Positions 52,422 to 64,000 of a stretch of 64,000 nt of DNA are shown here, piece after piece. The DNA is from Trichoplax adhaerens. Its lineage: Eukaryota > Animalia > Placozoa. The stretch is taken from positions 5,056,267 through 5,120,266 of the forward strand of contig NW_002060947.1 of NCBI RefSeq assembly GCF_000150275.1, given 5' to 3'. Within the stretch, counting starts at the first letter, position 1, and each line of letters starts with the position of its first letter. The notes beneath the pieces were generated by a model. That model was not told the DNA's origin. It searched no databases and saw only the letters and a program-made list of their open reading frames with translations. The position numbers and the translations under genes are program-made.

Positions 52422-54859
52422 CCAGAGAAATGGTTTTACTGTGATTGTCTTGCTACGAAATGACCTTTTTAGAGGATTGGATACATAATTGCTAGTGAGA
52501 AATTTTATTTGAAAATTGTAAATATCGACAACCTCTTTACACATGTTTGCTGATTACTTTATTAAATATAATTTATATCAGAACAAGGTATGTTTTTCAA
52601 GTATATGGCACACAATAGTCAATTATTTTTTCTATGTCATATGACGATATTACAGGATACTGCTTTATATAATTAAGATCTTATGATTAATTACAAGAAC
52701 AGATGAACTATACCATGAACCTTCAGGATGATGAAAGATATGTGGATGATATCGAAATAAGCTGAAAATGCGTTTGCACTTGCAGGTATAAGTTCCAATT
52801 TACTACAATACAACTCATGCATCGTTATTATAATTTGCAGGAATGATTTTTTTATAAGTTTCTAAATGTAAAATTAAATCAAATCCATTTTTATTGAGCA
52901 ACTCCTTGAATATGTCACAATCACAGTATAATTCTACCGTCCTTGCTATCAAAGTTTACTTTTACTACTATCAGTTAGCTTTTCGAAGATTTACTTATTA
53001 AAATGATACCCTAGATATCACTGAGGCACGAAATTAATAATGAAGCCCGCTGCCGTACAATTTTAACAAATCTCGTTATAGGTTTTGTACCTCAGTACAC
53101 TACTAAATATAATCAGAAGATGAATCTTTCATTTTAAGTGTAAATGTTAGTTCTTGTCCATTGCATCGGGTTAAATATTAATATATTCGCCATATTAGAT
53201 TTTTATGATTTTAGACAAACTTATGAAAATGTTATGGAAAATGTTAGTTTTCTAGTTGAATGCATTATAGCTAGCGCCATTTCAAAACTAGTAATTGTAA
53301 AATCGTTTTTACTTTCCCTACTTCTCTCTTGAATAAAACTGAATCTACATAAATAGTGTTGGGTTAACCTTTACGATGTTGGAGAAGTTATCGTTGGAGT
53401 GTTCTGATTATACCAGAAATTTAAGCCTATGCAATAGTGAGCAAACTAGGCTTATCAAAATGCTACTAATAATTCATGCCTTAAATGATTTCCCTTTGAA
53501 TATGAACAAAGCAATAATGACGGCGTTACTATGGCAAATTTTATTGTCTGAGTATTGGCACTCTATTACAATAATGTAAATTTTTTGCGTCAAAGGTTTC
53601 ATTTAATACCTACTACAATAATAAACAGTATATTGTCTTGAAATATGATTCAAGGAATATTTTTCTGTCCTAGAATTATTTCATTGTCGTATTACTATAG
53701 TTCGCTCAGAGTAGGGATGACTTAAAGGTAACAGAAGATGATCGAAGTTTCTATAGTAAATTTTAGGAAGATGTAATTGCATAGTTTAAACAAATTAGAT
53801 GCTGTTCTAGTAAAAGGTGATGGAATAATTAACTGAGATGTTTGCTAACCTTATTTCGTAAAGTCTAGTTACCATATTGTATTTCAGTTGCTATTATATT
53901 TTATACCGTAATTACTGATATCCATTAAAAAAGGCTATTGATCCGTTTAAAATAGCGATGCTGTGATTTCAATTACAAATAAGTACTGTAACGGTAATTG
54001 TTTACAGGTTCAGAATTACTCTATTATAGTTTATTACTCTAGAAGAGATTCTTGGTGTCTTTTCCATTTGGGCTGATTTATCAAGTTAGATTGTCTTTAA
54101 TAATAAAATCACAATAACCAAAAAAATTAACTATCATTAATTTATTCGTTATTAATTTGTAGTTTCCATAAGTCAAATAAATTTCTACCTTAATCAGTAT
54201 CAGATTATTAATGAAATTTAACTAATTTTCAACCATTTCATTTCATAAACATTAACGAAAATTGCAGCTCTACATAAAGCCATTACGATCAGGATAATTT
54301 AGTTAGAATAAATTTTTACAACAATTCAAACGTGATATTTATTGTCTTCAAAATAATTTGCATTTGCGCTTACAGTAAAGCAATCGTAGAACCTATACTG
54401 CAGCACAATAACTAACAAATATATGGGCTAGTTAACTAACATGTAGGATGCCGTAATTTAGTAGCATGAATCTAATGGTTTGAATCAAAATAGATTATTT
54501 CCTTCCGTTAAATATATTACGAATAGTGTTAAGTATCTATTTTTTAAGCCTGTAATTAATCTACGCATTTTTTTTTACTTAATATAATACATCCCTATAT
54601 AGTATCTAAATTAATATGCTAGTATATTATATAAATCTGACTTGGGCGAACGTCGTCAGAACCCTACTCGTAGTTGTAATTAATACATTTGAAGTCTAAA
54701 TTTCAGAAATAACTTCTAAAAAGAGTAGATTTTATCGTGGGAGACCATTGTGAATTAAAATAATAAATATAGTAGTAATTGGTATAGAATAAATAATAGA
54801 TGTAGATTCATATGGTATCTTAAGTATGGTAGATTTATATATCTTGAAAATGATGCAGT

Positions 54860-55888
54860 TCATACAGTAATATCGGGTAGGATGATGTCATTTGTGGTTC
54901 TACTTGAAATCATTCTAGTAACTTTAGAATTTAAGCAGAGCATGCGCCATCTAACCAATATGGTAGTAAATCTATTTCTAATGTTATGATCATATTTAAA
55001 GTAGATCAATGGATTAATAACACTAATAGCAATTGTGGCCATAAACGATATCAACACAAATGTGTAGTAGATAAAATTTATCCCGCGAATTTGTCGCAAT
55101 GATTTTTGTGTGGTTGCTATACCGAAGCCAGTTGATAAATAAGGCCATGTTGTAATCGTGTAGGTAGAAGTTATTATAATTAACATCTTCATCAGTTTTT
55201 TCCTTTTGAAACGGTTCCTTTCAATTTGAAAATTACTGATTTGTCCGGGTTGGACATAAGATCGTTGATGTTGCATTATTCTGAAATAGACCGCTACTAA
55301 CATAACTGTCGGTAGGCAATAGAGAATGATAGAACTGGCATAAATATAAGCAGATATGTAAGTTGTTATTTGAGGTAAATCGCAAAATGAGGTTTCATCA
55401 GGATAAACATCAACTATTACGATTAACGGCGATGACATCGCAAGGACTACAATCCAGGCGATAAGTTGACCTATTCTCATCAATTTCTTCTTGTACGATC
55501 GATAAAATGATGATAATGGCTTGACTATAGCAAAATAGCGATCTATACTGATCATACATAAATTCATCATAGATACGCCGTATGTTGACACTATAATGAA
55601 CGCAAGTAGTCGGCAAAATGTAGCTCCAATGTCATAATTCATTTTGGATCTAGTCATTAGAATATAGCCAATAATTGAAGAAATGTTGCAAATAAAATCG
55701 CATAAAACTGTCATCCTTATTAAACAGTATGTAGCCTTAGCAAAATATTTATCACTCGTCAATATGTAAAGTATCATTAAGTTGGCTAATAAACCAATAG
55801 AACAGAAAGATACAACTGACAGATAGGCGTATGCACCAATAGTTGTATAATCAATGCTTATATTATTTAGTTTAACTGATTGATTCAT
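54860..55888 (-). CDS. Intronless class A orphan GPCR (ATG at 55888, MNQSVKLNN...)
   Basis: GLLAN, LCD, IDRY, YCLP, TWPY and NPLIY motifs. The ORF-track start at 55966 is not an ATG; paralogues begin MN. Confidence 0.92.
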   Translation of the reverse strand: MNQSVKLNNISIDYTTIGAYAYLSVVSFCSIGLLANLMILYILTSDKYFAKATYCLIRMTVLCDFICNISSIIGYILMTRSKMNYDIGATFCRLLAFIIVSTYGVSMMNLCMISIDRYFAIVKPLSSFYRSYKKKLMRIGQLIAWIVVLAMSSPLIVIVDVYPDETSFCDLPQITTYISAYIYASSIILYCLPTVMLVAVYFRIMQHQRSYVQPGQISNFQIERNRFKRKKLMKMLIIITSTYTITTWPYLSTGFGIATTQKSLRQIRGINFIYYTFVLISFMATIAISVINPLIYFKYDHNIRNRFTTILVRWRMLCLNSKVTRMISSRTTNDIILPDITV

Positions 55889-58800
55889 AACTAGAAATCT
55901 TACGGAAATAATTTTCCCTTCGTATACAGTAATCTTCCAAGAAAAGCTTAATCGTAAAAAAATCAAATTTTGATACTGAACGACTATAATCTGTTATCGA
56001 CCACTAACCAGACCCTATCGCCGTATCTTCTTCCTTAGATGTTAATAACTGTTTTGCTCAAGTAAAAGTCATCTGTTTAATACTGAAAGGAAAATAATTT
56101 ATTAGTGTTATGATATATAACATATATAATCCTATAACAATACATTGACACTACGATATTTCCTTTCGGTTTTAACTAAAAGGAGTTACGTTTAAGAATA
56201 ACATTTGACCACTCATTAATATAAATCAATACCCTACTGATATTTCATCCGCAAAGTAGAATTTATAAAATCAATTTTATGAATTAATCTCATACGCATT
56301 ATAATTGTTGACAAACTAAATTTTGTACTTAAATAAAACTTTCTATTTATGTGCTTTTCTTTCCCTTGCTGAGAATAAATAATAATTGTTACTTGGTAGA
56401 TTGATACCAGTCATTGCATTTTTTATCTCATTCTTGTATTTCCAAAGCTTAGGATATCTACTGTTTTCTTCAGTTTCGAGGAAAGGTGTGGGATTGATAT
56501 TTTCTTTCAAAATTCTTAGAAAAATAAATAAAATATTTATAAGATGGCAGATTTAAGGAGATCCCTGGTAAAAACAGCATAAAGTATTAACTCTATAGTA
56601 TCAAAAACTAGCAACACATTAAGGAAGATTTTTGTTATCAAGTCTAAGTTATTTATACAAATTATTGTTCTAAGATTTTTCCTAAAAGGATTTATATTAT
56701 GCCCGGTATAATATCTGCGTGGCTAAGATGGATATGCAGATAGTTAATGTAGATGTCATTATTATGCATTAGGTCTGTTTTGAATTATAATATGGCGTTA
56801 TTTGTAAAGTACATATGCGCCAATATACACATCTACTAGTTAGATTAGGATTAGGATTAGCATGCAGTTTATGAGGTTGTGTTTAATAAACGCATTTATT
56901 TTACTTTGTGTTGTGGTAGAAGGATAAAAGGAAAATGCTTAATTTTATGTTTTAATTTCTAGATGGAATTGACCATATATTTATAATGGACGGGATTCAA
57001 GAAACAATAGAACTTGGTAGTTGCTGAGGTGTAATATGATAAATGATTTATAGACGCTTATATAGTGATACTGAAGGAGTAATTTATCGCCAGTGCATTT
57101 GCTATTTTTGATGGTGAAGAATTAGAAGATATAAGTTAGATATAATGGTGATAGCCATATATTTTGTCTTATTACGCTATATAAAGTTCCATATTACCCT
57201 AAACCTTAATCCTAATCCTAAAAATAACCTGCAAGAAAAAGCTCTGACATTGTATGATGCCGTTATTTGAATACTCAGTTTACTAAGAAAATGATAATCC
57301 TAAGCTTAGGCTTTATGTTTGACCGTAATTTTAAATTATCCTTTATATGAAAAACTGGATGGTAATTTAAAATGGAATAGATATATTTCAAACTTTGACT
57401 GCTTCAAAATTGGAGAATAATTTTGTTGCGATTGAGACTTTGGCTCAAAATTAGATCATTTAAGAGAGGAAATGCTTTCGAGCTTTTTAGATTTTTGGTT
57501 GTAGACATAATTTATATTAGGAGTGCTTTCGGTACGCTATATTTGTAACAGATTGATGTAATAGTGTATATATATATAGTTTATTAGAACGACTATCGTT
57601 GGGATAGTTGATAAATGATAGTATAAATTTAATGCCTGCCTTATAAGAATTGTTTATGTGAATCTCGCCTAATTATGAATAGATTTTCAGTTCAATTAGA
57701 GCCTGAAAGGCAGTTTTAGTTCATGTGAACTCATATTTAGAATAGCATTTAAATATATAGGATAGGAAATTAGAGATCATTTAAAAATAGTTTTATATCG
57801 TTCTTTAAAAAATTCGATAGCAATACTTTCAAATAATTTTTAGGTAACTGATACTCATATATCAATCTGACAATGATTGCTGAATAAGATCAATTTGACA
57901 TTTGTTTATAAATAGCGTCAATTTCTCCAGATTAGGTATTTATTTAGAAGGTTCCGTAACAATATAATAAATGCTAAAGCAATAATTAATGGACTATATT
58001 GAAAGTAGATTTCACGAACAACTTAGTTGTAACCTAAATTGATATGAAAAATTTTATAGATCATCGTACGTATCGTAATAAGTAATGCTGGCACTACATT
58101 GCAAGCCACGGTATGAATGTATCTGTGTTGGCAAGAAATCCGTTAAACAATTAGTATAAAAATCACAGGCGAACTTGAAGATCTGGCATTGAAAATTCAG
58201 TGTTTACTTGTATGCTTGCTAAATATGATCGTTTGAGGTATTTTCAAGTTGGTGCACTTAACACTCAATTTGGACAGTTTATTAAAGTTATTAACTTATT
58301 TCGTATTGCAAACTGGCTACAAATTATTACTGAACCGGAAATGAATTAGCAGAAATCAATAGTTTTTAAGTAATATTTCTTTAACATGTGCCAATACATA
58401 TCATATCAAAGGCGATCTTAAGCAAGATTACTTTCTATTTCAGAGATTGTAAACTAAGTAAGAATTAAAATTTTCGCTACTCCTTATAAGATACACAGCT
58501 ACAACAGGTAAATAATGTGATAGTAATGCAAGAGCCCATTATGAATGATGGTAAAGGCAACGCATGGAATATCATGCTTATTATTTTAATTACAAACTTT
58601 TCTATAGTAATCACAGTCATTAAATCATTCTAATAGTAAGAAAGCGCCGTAACAGTACTCCAAATACTAACTTTAATAAAATATTTAAACCCGAGATAAT
58701 ATAAGGAAAAGTAGGATATTTTAAGGGGACCAATCGTAATAACTAGATTCTCGCTTCTCCTAGTAAAGAAAGTTGTATAGAACTCACAGTTATTACTCAA

Positions 58801-61309
58801 ACTTAGAGTGGAAACTAGTTTTCAACAAAAGATCGTATAAAGACTATAGCTTATAAAGTGCAGTTTTAAATAATTGTAAAAGTAAATTCGAGTTTATTAA
58901 CATTTCATGCAGCAACTATCTTTGTAACAGCAGTGCCAAAAGTATATTCTGTCGATTTCTTTCATGTAATGCTGTTTGCCACTGTATCTCATATATCAAA
59001 CATATACAAAATATGAAAGCAGTAATACTGCAGCATTAGTTCCTAATGTTAAGATATTCAATATTCAGTTTTTATATACGTTCTGAGAACATAGATTTTA
59101 ATTACGAAAACTGTATCTGCTTCACTCTGGGATATTAATCTAAGACATACGCGGTAGTAAAGTAGCGTGAAGGAAAACTTGCATTTATTGGAATATAAAT
59201 TTTATAGTCATCGATTAATTGACCACGCTAAGTTTGATTTATTCCTGATAGTGAAATCATAGAAAAGATTGCGGATCTGGCCATTGATGGATCGTAATGA
59301 TATCTATATCAGAGATCTACTGCAGCTGTAATAATTTATGCGACAATGATATTTGGTTAATTCTTAAATTTAAACTTGCTTGATTTTATAAAAGTAAGTT
59401 ATACAGTATTTGAATTAGTCTTATCGCTATGACCATATCTTATGTAAAATTACTTATTTTGGACTGAACATTTGCGAGTAATGGACATTAGATCTTAATC
59501 GTTTTGTGCGAAAAAATAAAGTACATTGCTTTAAAATTCACCTATAAAAATTTTGTATTCAGTAATACATATTAAACGCTTTATGCCAAAAAGCCCGGCC
59601 ACGGCAGGTGTTCTATCTAGTTCTTATACAAGATAAATCTTGTAATGGAAATGTTGATCGCCTTGATTATGTTATAAGTTGACGATATGGTAAAATATAT
59701 TAGTTAAGATTAAATATTCTAATGTGTTAAATTTGGTCTACGAGTTGATCAAACTAGAGTAGTGAATTTAATCGCTATGGATGGGGGTAGCGCATATACC
59801 TAAACTATTTTCAGCTCTTATCGCAGACTAGTCTAACATTTTACACTTGCTTTAACTTGCTTTTGCAGATTACTATCTTAATCTGTCATAAGATCGAGTC
59901 AGAATAAAGCACTGCACTTATAAAGTCTGAGAACTCCATTACCGTTCAGAAAAGCTCATAATCAGTAGTTATATGTTATATAATAGCTAGCCAAAGTTCG
60001 AATTAGGAGTACTTATGGTACTATTGTTTAAGAATGAATATTTGCTAAAGAGAAGGAAATCAAAATTCATTTAGTCCTTTCATCACATCACTAAACACTT
60101 CCGTAGACTAATAAAATCTATCGATACGATTAATATTATATTTAAAGCACTGGTATAGCCGGTTAAATTTCAAAATTCTATTATTTTGCTCTTTGTTCGG
60201 ACTTTAACTGACTATTACACACATAGATAGACCTACAAATAAACAGTTTTCTTAAAATAAAAATATCAGATACAACATAGTGATGTAATTAGATATAAAG
60301 ACAAACTTATTTAAGAAGAAGAATTTTATGTAAATTACGGACATTATCACAAATCCTTATTAGCTAGTAGCCGTATCATACTACAAATAACGTTCATAAC
60401 TTTTATCCCGGTGCTCGCGCCGGCGACGAGTAATAGTAACGCTATTAGCTTATGTAAGTTGTTGATAATCAAGATTGTATAACTAATTCATTTTAGCGCA
60501 AGGGCTAGCGATTAGTAAGATACTAATTTATAAGAGAGTTCAAAGGTTAGATCGTGTTCTCATCATGATAAATCTTGCAGCATATGCGTTCTCTAACGAA
60601 TTTCAATTTCCACCATAAAGTTATACTAATCAAGATTTAAGAACAGACAACAACCAATAATGTTTATTGCTGCTCGCTAATACAGATAGCAATCATAAAG
60701 TAGAGTTAATTTTAACAGATAAAGAGAGATTTAGATTCGATTCTAGTGAAAGACTGGTCACTATGTTTAACTGCCTGTGGAAGCAGTTCATATCTTACAA
60801 TAGTGGGAATAACATTTTTCATTTTTTAAATGAAGCTAATGCAATATTGAAATACTTTGTAGATATATTGATTTTAATACTTGATGGATAATAAATTGTG
60901 ACGTTTCCTGTTTAAGAATTTTATTGCAAGGCAAAGTATTTAGAAAGAATGATTTAAATCCAGTAGGTTGTATGCAAAGCCTACTGAAGTGATGCTTTCC
61001 TTGCAAAGAAATTGAATTTGCTTATTAAAGCAATGTTTATCCGCCACTTTAGTGCGTATGTTGGCGCCTGCGTAAGTGCTTGTATTAGCAGTAAATAACA
61101 TCATCTAATTTTAAAATTTAAGGAAAATATCAAGCTTTAGTTTCGAAGTCGATAGAGTCAGAGTAATAGGTAACTAGCATTTTTAGAGGGCAGTCTATTA
61201 ACAAAGAATGATAATTGGCCGCTGCTTAAGTAAAACTATTAAAATTCGCAGCTAATAGATCCTTTAATCCTATTTACCTAAGGTATCATTTCAATTTCGT
61301 ATAGGAGAT

Positions 61310-61936
61310 TGTCGCAAAACAGCTTTGCAACAAGATAACGTGATGTACAATCAATAAGTCAATTCCTTGAACCATGTATCAAGGAACGATATCTGCACTA
61401 TCAGAAACACTTTTGCTTTACCAGCTGACTACACAAAGACTTAAACGCCTCGTATACTACTTTAAATACTAAGTTTAAGAATCGACTTTATTATACGATA
61501 TACTGCACTTATATACTATTCCTCAATAGTTCATGAGTCATAGTTAGTACGATTAACTTTGGAATCATTCACTGAATTAGATATTAATTTTAGCTACTGC
61601 TCCCTTAATCCAGACAACAGTATTTACGAACATAGGCGTGTAAAGACTAATACAGAATGGTCAGATTGCGATATGTCCTATCACGGAACATTTCCATGAT
61701 AATTTACAATCTACCATAAGTAAATTACAATCACAATGATTCGAACTGTAAGTAGATAATTTGCATTCCCTATTATAACTATTAATTTCAGTATGTTTAT
61801 ATGTGTCACTGTCATAAAAAGGCAGTGCTGTATTAAAACACAATATATCCAAATTAGGAGTTAACTAAATAAGGATAGGCTAACAGAATTATCCTAACTA
61901 GATATTTCTACTCTAATACAGTATTTAATACTGTCA
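61310..61936 (+). repeat. ~630-bp dispersed direct repeat, copy 2
   Basis: Copy of 48777-49407; the antisense ORFs 49130-49321 and 61661-61852 are near-identical. Confidence 0.93.
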
Positions 61937-63588
61937 CTAGGATCTAAATCATATGAAGTAATTCTATTTAATTTCTCATCTAAAATGGAAGATTTTTACT
62001 AATACTATTTTAATATATCTGCAGCCAAAATTTATCCTACTCTTATATGATACTAATATTTCGATCAGTGATTTGTCAAATAAGAATACTAAAATTAAAT
62101 ATATAATGATGTATAAAATTCGTACATCTAAAAGTGAAGGACCAAGAAGTATATGGAATGGAAGGTTAAAGAAGCGCGACAAAGCGACTCCAAAAGCAGA
62201 ATTAAACAATAAAAAAGATGAATACCAAAACATAAATACTTATTGTATTTAATTAAAGTGTACCTTAAGCGCGGAAGATATTTGTATCTTGATAAAATTC
62301 TATCTATAAAAGCAGCCGCTATACTTTATTTTAATGACGTCGACGGATGTTTTGAGATCTTAATTTTTAATTAACAACTTTTAGGAAGAGTTGTTGAACA
62401 TATATCAGACTATTTCCGTATCATGATAAATGAAAATAGTACTAGCAGCTCGAATAGTTTCTTATTTTTAATAAAAACGGAAAAAATCAAATGCAGATGT
62501 AAAGATAAAATAAATTAAGCACCGTAAACTATTACTTACCGATAATGCGAGTATATTTGTTAATGACAATTTCAGAAAGAATTACACAATTAGTCGGCAC
62601 CTTGTTTATTTTATTGTTTAGTTCAAATAAAATCAATAGCAAGAAAGGATTAAAAATTAATTGCGGAATAAGTTTTTATTATTAAAAAAAATAAACTTTG
62701 GCTACGCGAGTTAAAAATTTGGATCCTAATACTGACTTGCAAACAGTCACTTTATTATAATTTCGGCCGCAGAAAAGATTCATACTTAGATATGCGACGT
62801 TTGGTAATAAATCTTGAGATTAAAACACGCTAATAAAGAGCTTGTTTGTTTGTTTTTAGACGCAGAAAAATGGAAAAAAATACTGCTTAAACTAACGTAA
62901 AATACTATACTATATACTTACATATAGCTATCATGCAAGAACAGTCAAAGCACATAGTAATAATTACTATATACTTTGCCATCAAAATGTCCGAAAAACT
63001 AACAACACACCGCTGTTATACAAGAAAATCTTTTCGAAATGATTATGTAAAAAATAAAAATATTGATTTTATAAATCAAGAAGACGATATATTTCGGCAG
63101 AATCATATCAGCATGCTCGTATATCAAGTGGACAAAGGATGCAGAGAGGCTACTACATTTTGTAGTTCTTTTGAAATAGTACTGTTTATTGTGAGAGTCT
63201 AAGGGTTTTGAAAGAAAAGGAGAGTATTCAAAGAATAAGAATAAACGTTTACTTTATATAATGTGCTTGTTATCTTATGAACTATAAGTCAATAAATTGA
63301 CTTTCATTATATTATCAAAATCTAGACGTCCTAAGGTTTACGGATTAATAATTTTATTACTGATAAGATTAATGTGTAGTGGACGTAATGTATTTTCTGA
63401 TGAGTTAACAGCAGCTTTAAAATATTTTTCATAAGTAGCCCTATTCTAAATATTGTAATCACATTTTTCTCTAATTGCATTTATATAATGAAAGCTGTAC
63501 TATTAACTTCTTAATCGAATAGTGATCAAAAGATGATATCACTTATGATGTTTCAAAGCATTTCTAATAATTGATATTGAAGCCAATG

Positions 63589-64000
63589 TTAAATTTTAAT
63601 TTTAGTTAGTGGAATTCTAGAGCTTTCATGTGGATGATGTATAATATTTTGATTTACTGCTTGGCTAAAATAACGACTAGTCGCTCGAACTGTAGTTTTT
63701 TGATTCACATTATTTAAACGCATTGGAAGTAAATATCGGAATCTAGATATTAATTTCATTCTAATACTATAGTCAAATTTAAAATAGATAAATGGGTTGA
63801 TAATGCTAATTCCAAATGTACTTATAAATGAAAAAAAAGCAAATAGATAATACTGTAATCCCATCAAGCGTATTTGTAGCAACGATTTTGCTGTTATAGC
63901 CATGCCAGCACAGGTTGCAAAGAATGGCCATGTAGTTAGAAAATAAATCAGAGTTATAAAAATCAGCGCCCGGATGAACTTTTTCTTCTTTAAATGACCA
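63589..64000 (-). CDS. Class A orphan GPCR, C-terminal part (5' end beyond right edge)
   Basis: ...KKKKFIRALIFITLIYFLTTWPFFATCAGMAITAKSLLQIR...INPFIYFKFDYSIR; same family as the other receptors. Confidence 0.9.
   Translation of the reverse strand, partial: GHLKKKKFIRALIFITLIYFLTTWPFFATCAGMAITAKSLLQIRLMGLQYYLFAFFSFISTFGISIINPFIYFKFDYSIRMKLISRFRYLLPMRLNNVNQKTTVRATSRYFSQAVNQNIIHHPHESSRIPLTKIKI

Noticed and set aside
49130-61852. Twin 63-aa ORFs (49130-49321, 61661-61852) as a small gene family
   Set aside because: Non-ATG starts and no recognisable domain; the similarity is explained by the 630-bp DNA duplication.
61976-63202. ORFs 61976-62233 (-) and 62933-63202 (+)
   Set aside because: Short, compositionally AT-driven, with no family motifs or splice support.

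Overview
This is an AT-rich, intron-dense animal genomic window. Short GT-AG introns, compact genes and a cluster of intronless orphan rhodopsin-class GPCRs suggest a placozoan such as Trichoplax (inference, not verified). The left ~38 kb holds conserved multi-exon genes: ASK1/MAP3K5-family kinase (-, runs off the left edge), SKA3 (+), MLYCD (+), a U11 minor-spliceosome snRNA (+), PITRM1 (-), a UDP-glucuronosyltransferase pseudogene (-) and CEP57 (+). The right ~26 kb holds five related single-exon class A GPCRs (three intact, one pseudogene, one truncated by the window edge) among repeat relics. Two patterns are not explained by the genes. First, dense self-complementary TACAG/CTGTA (GTAC-core) arrays sit only directly upstream of housekeeping gene starts and the U11 gene, and are absent from the GPCR cluster. 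Second, three intergenic coding/transposon-like relics show one-strand C depletion and CAA/CAG->TAA/TAG-type stops, which suggests a strand-specific C->T hypermutation (deaminase- or RIP-like) genome defence. Exon boundaries and base counts were done by eye and are approximate.
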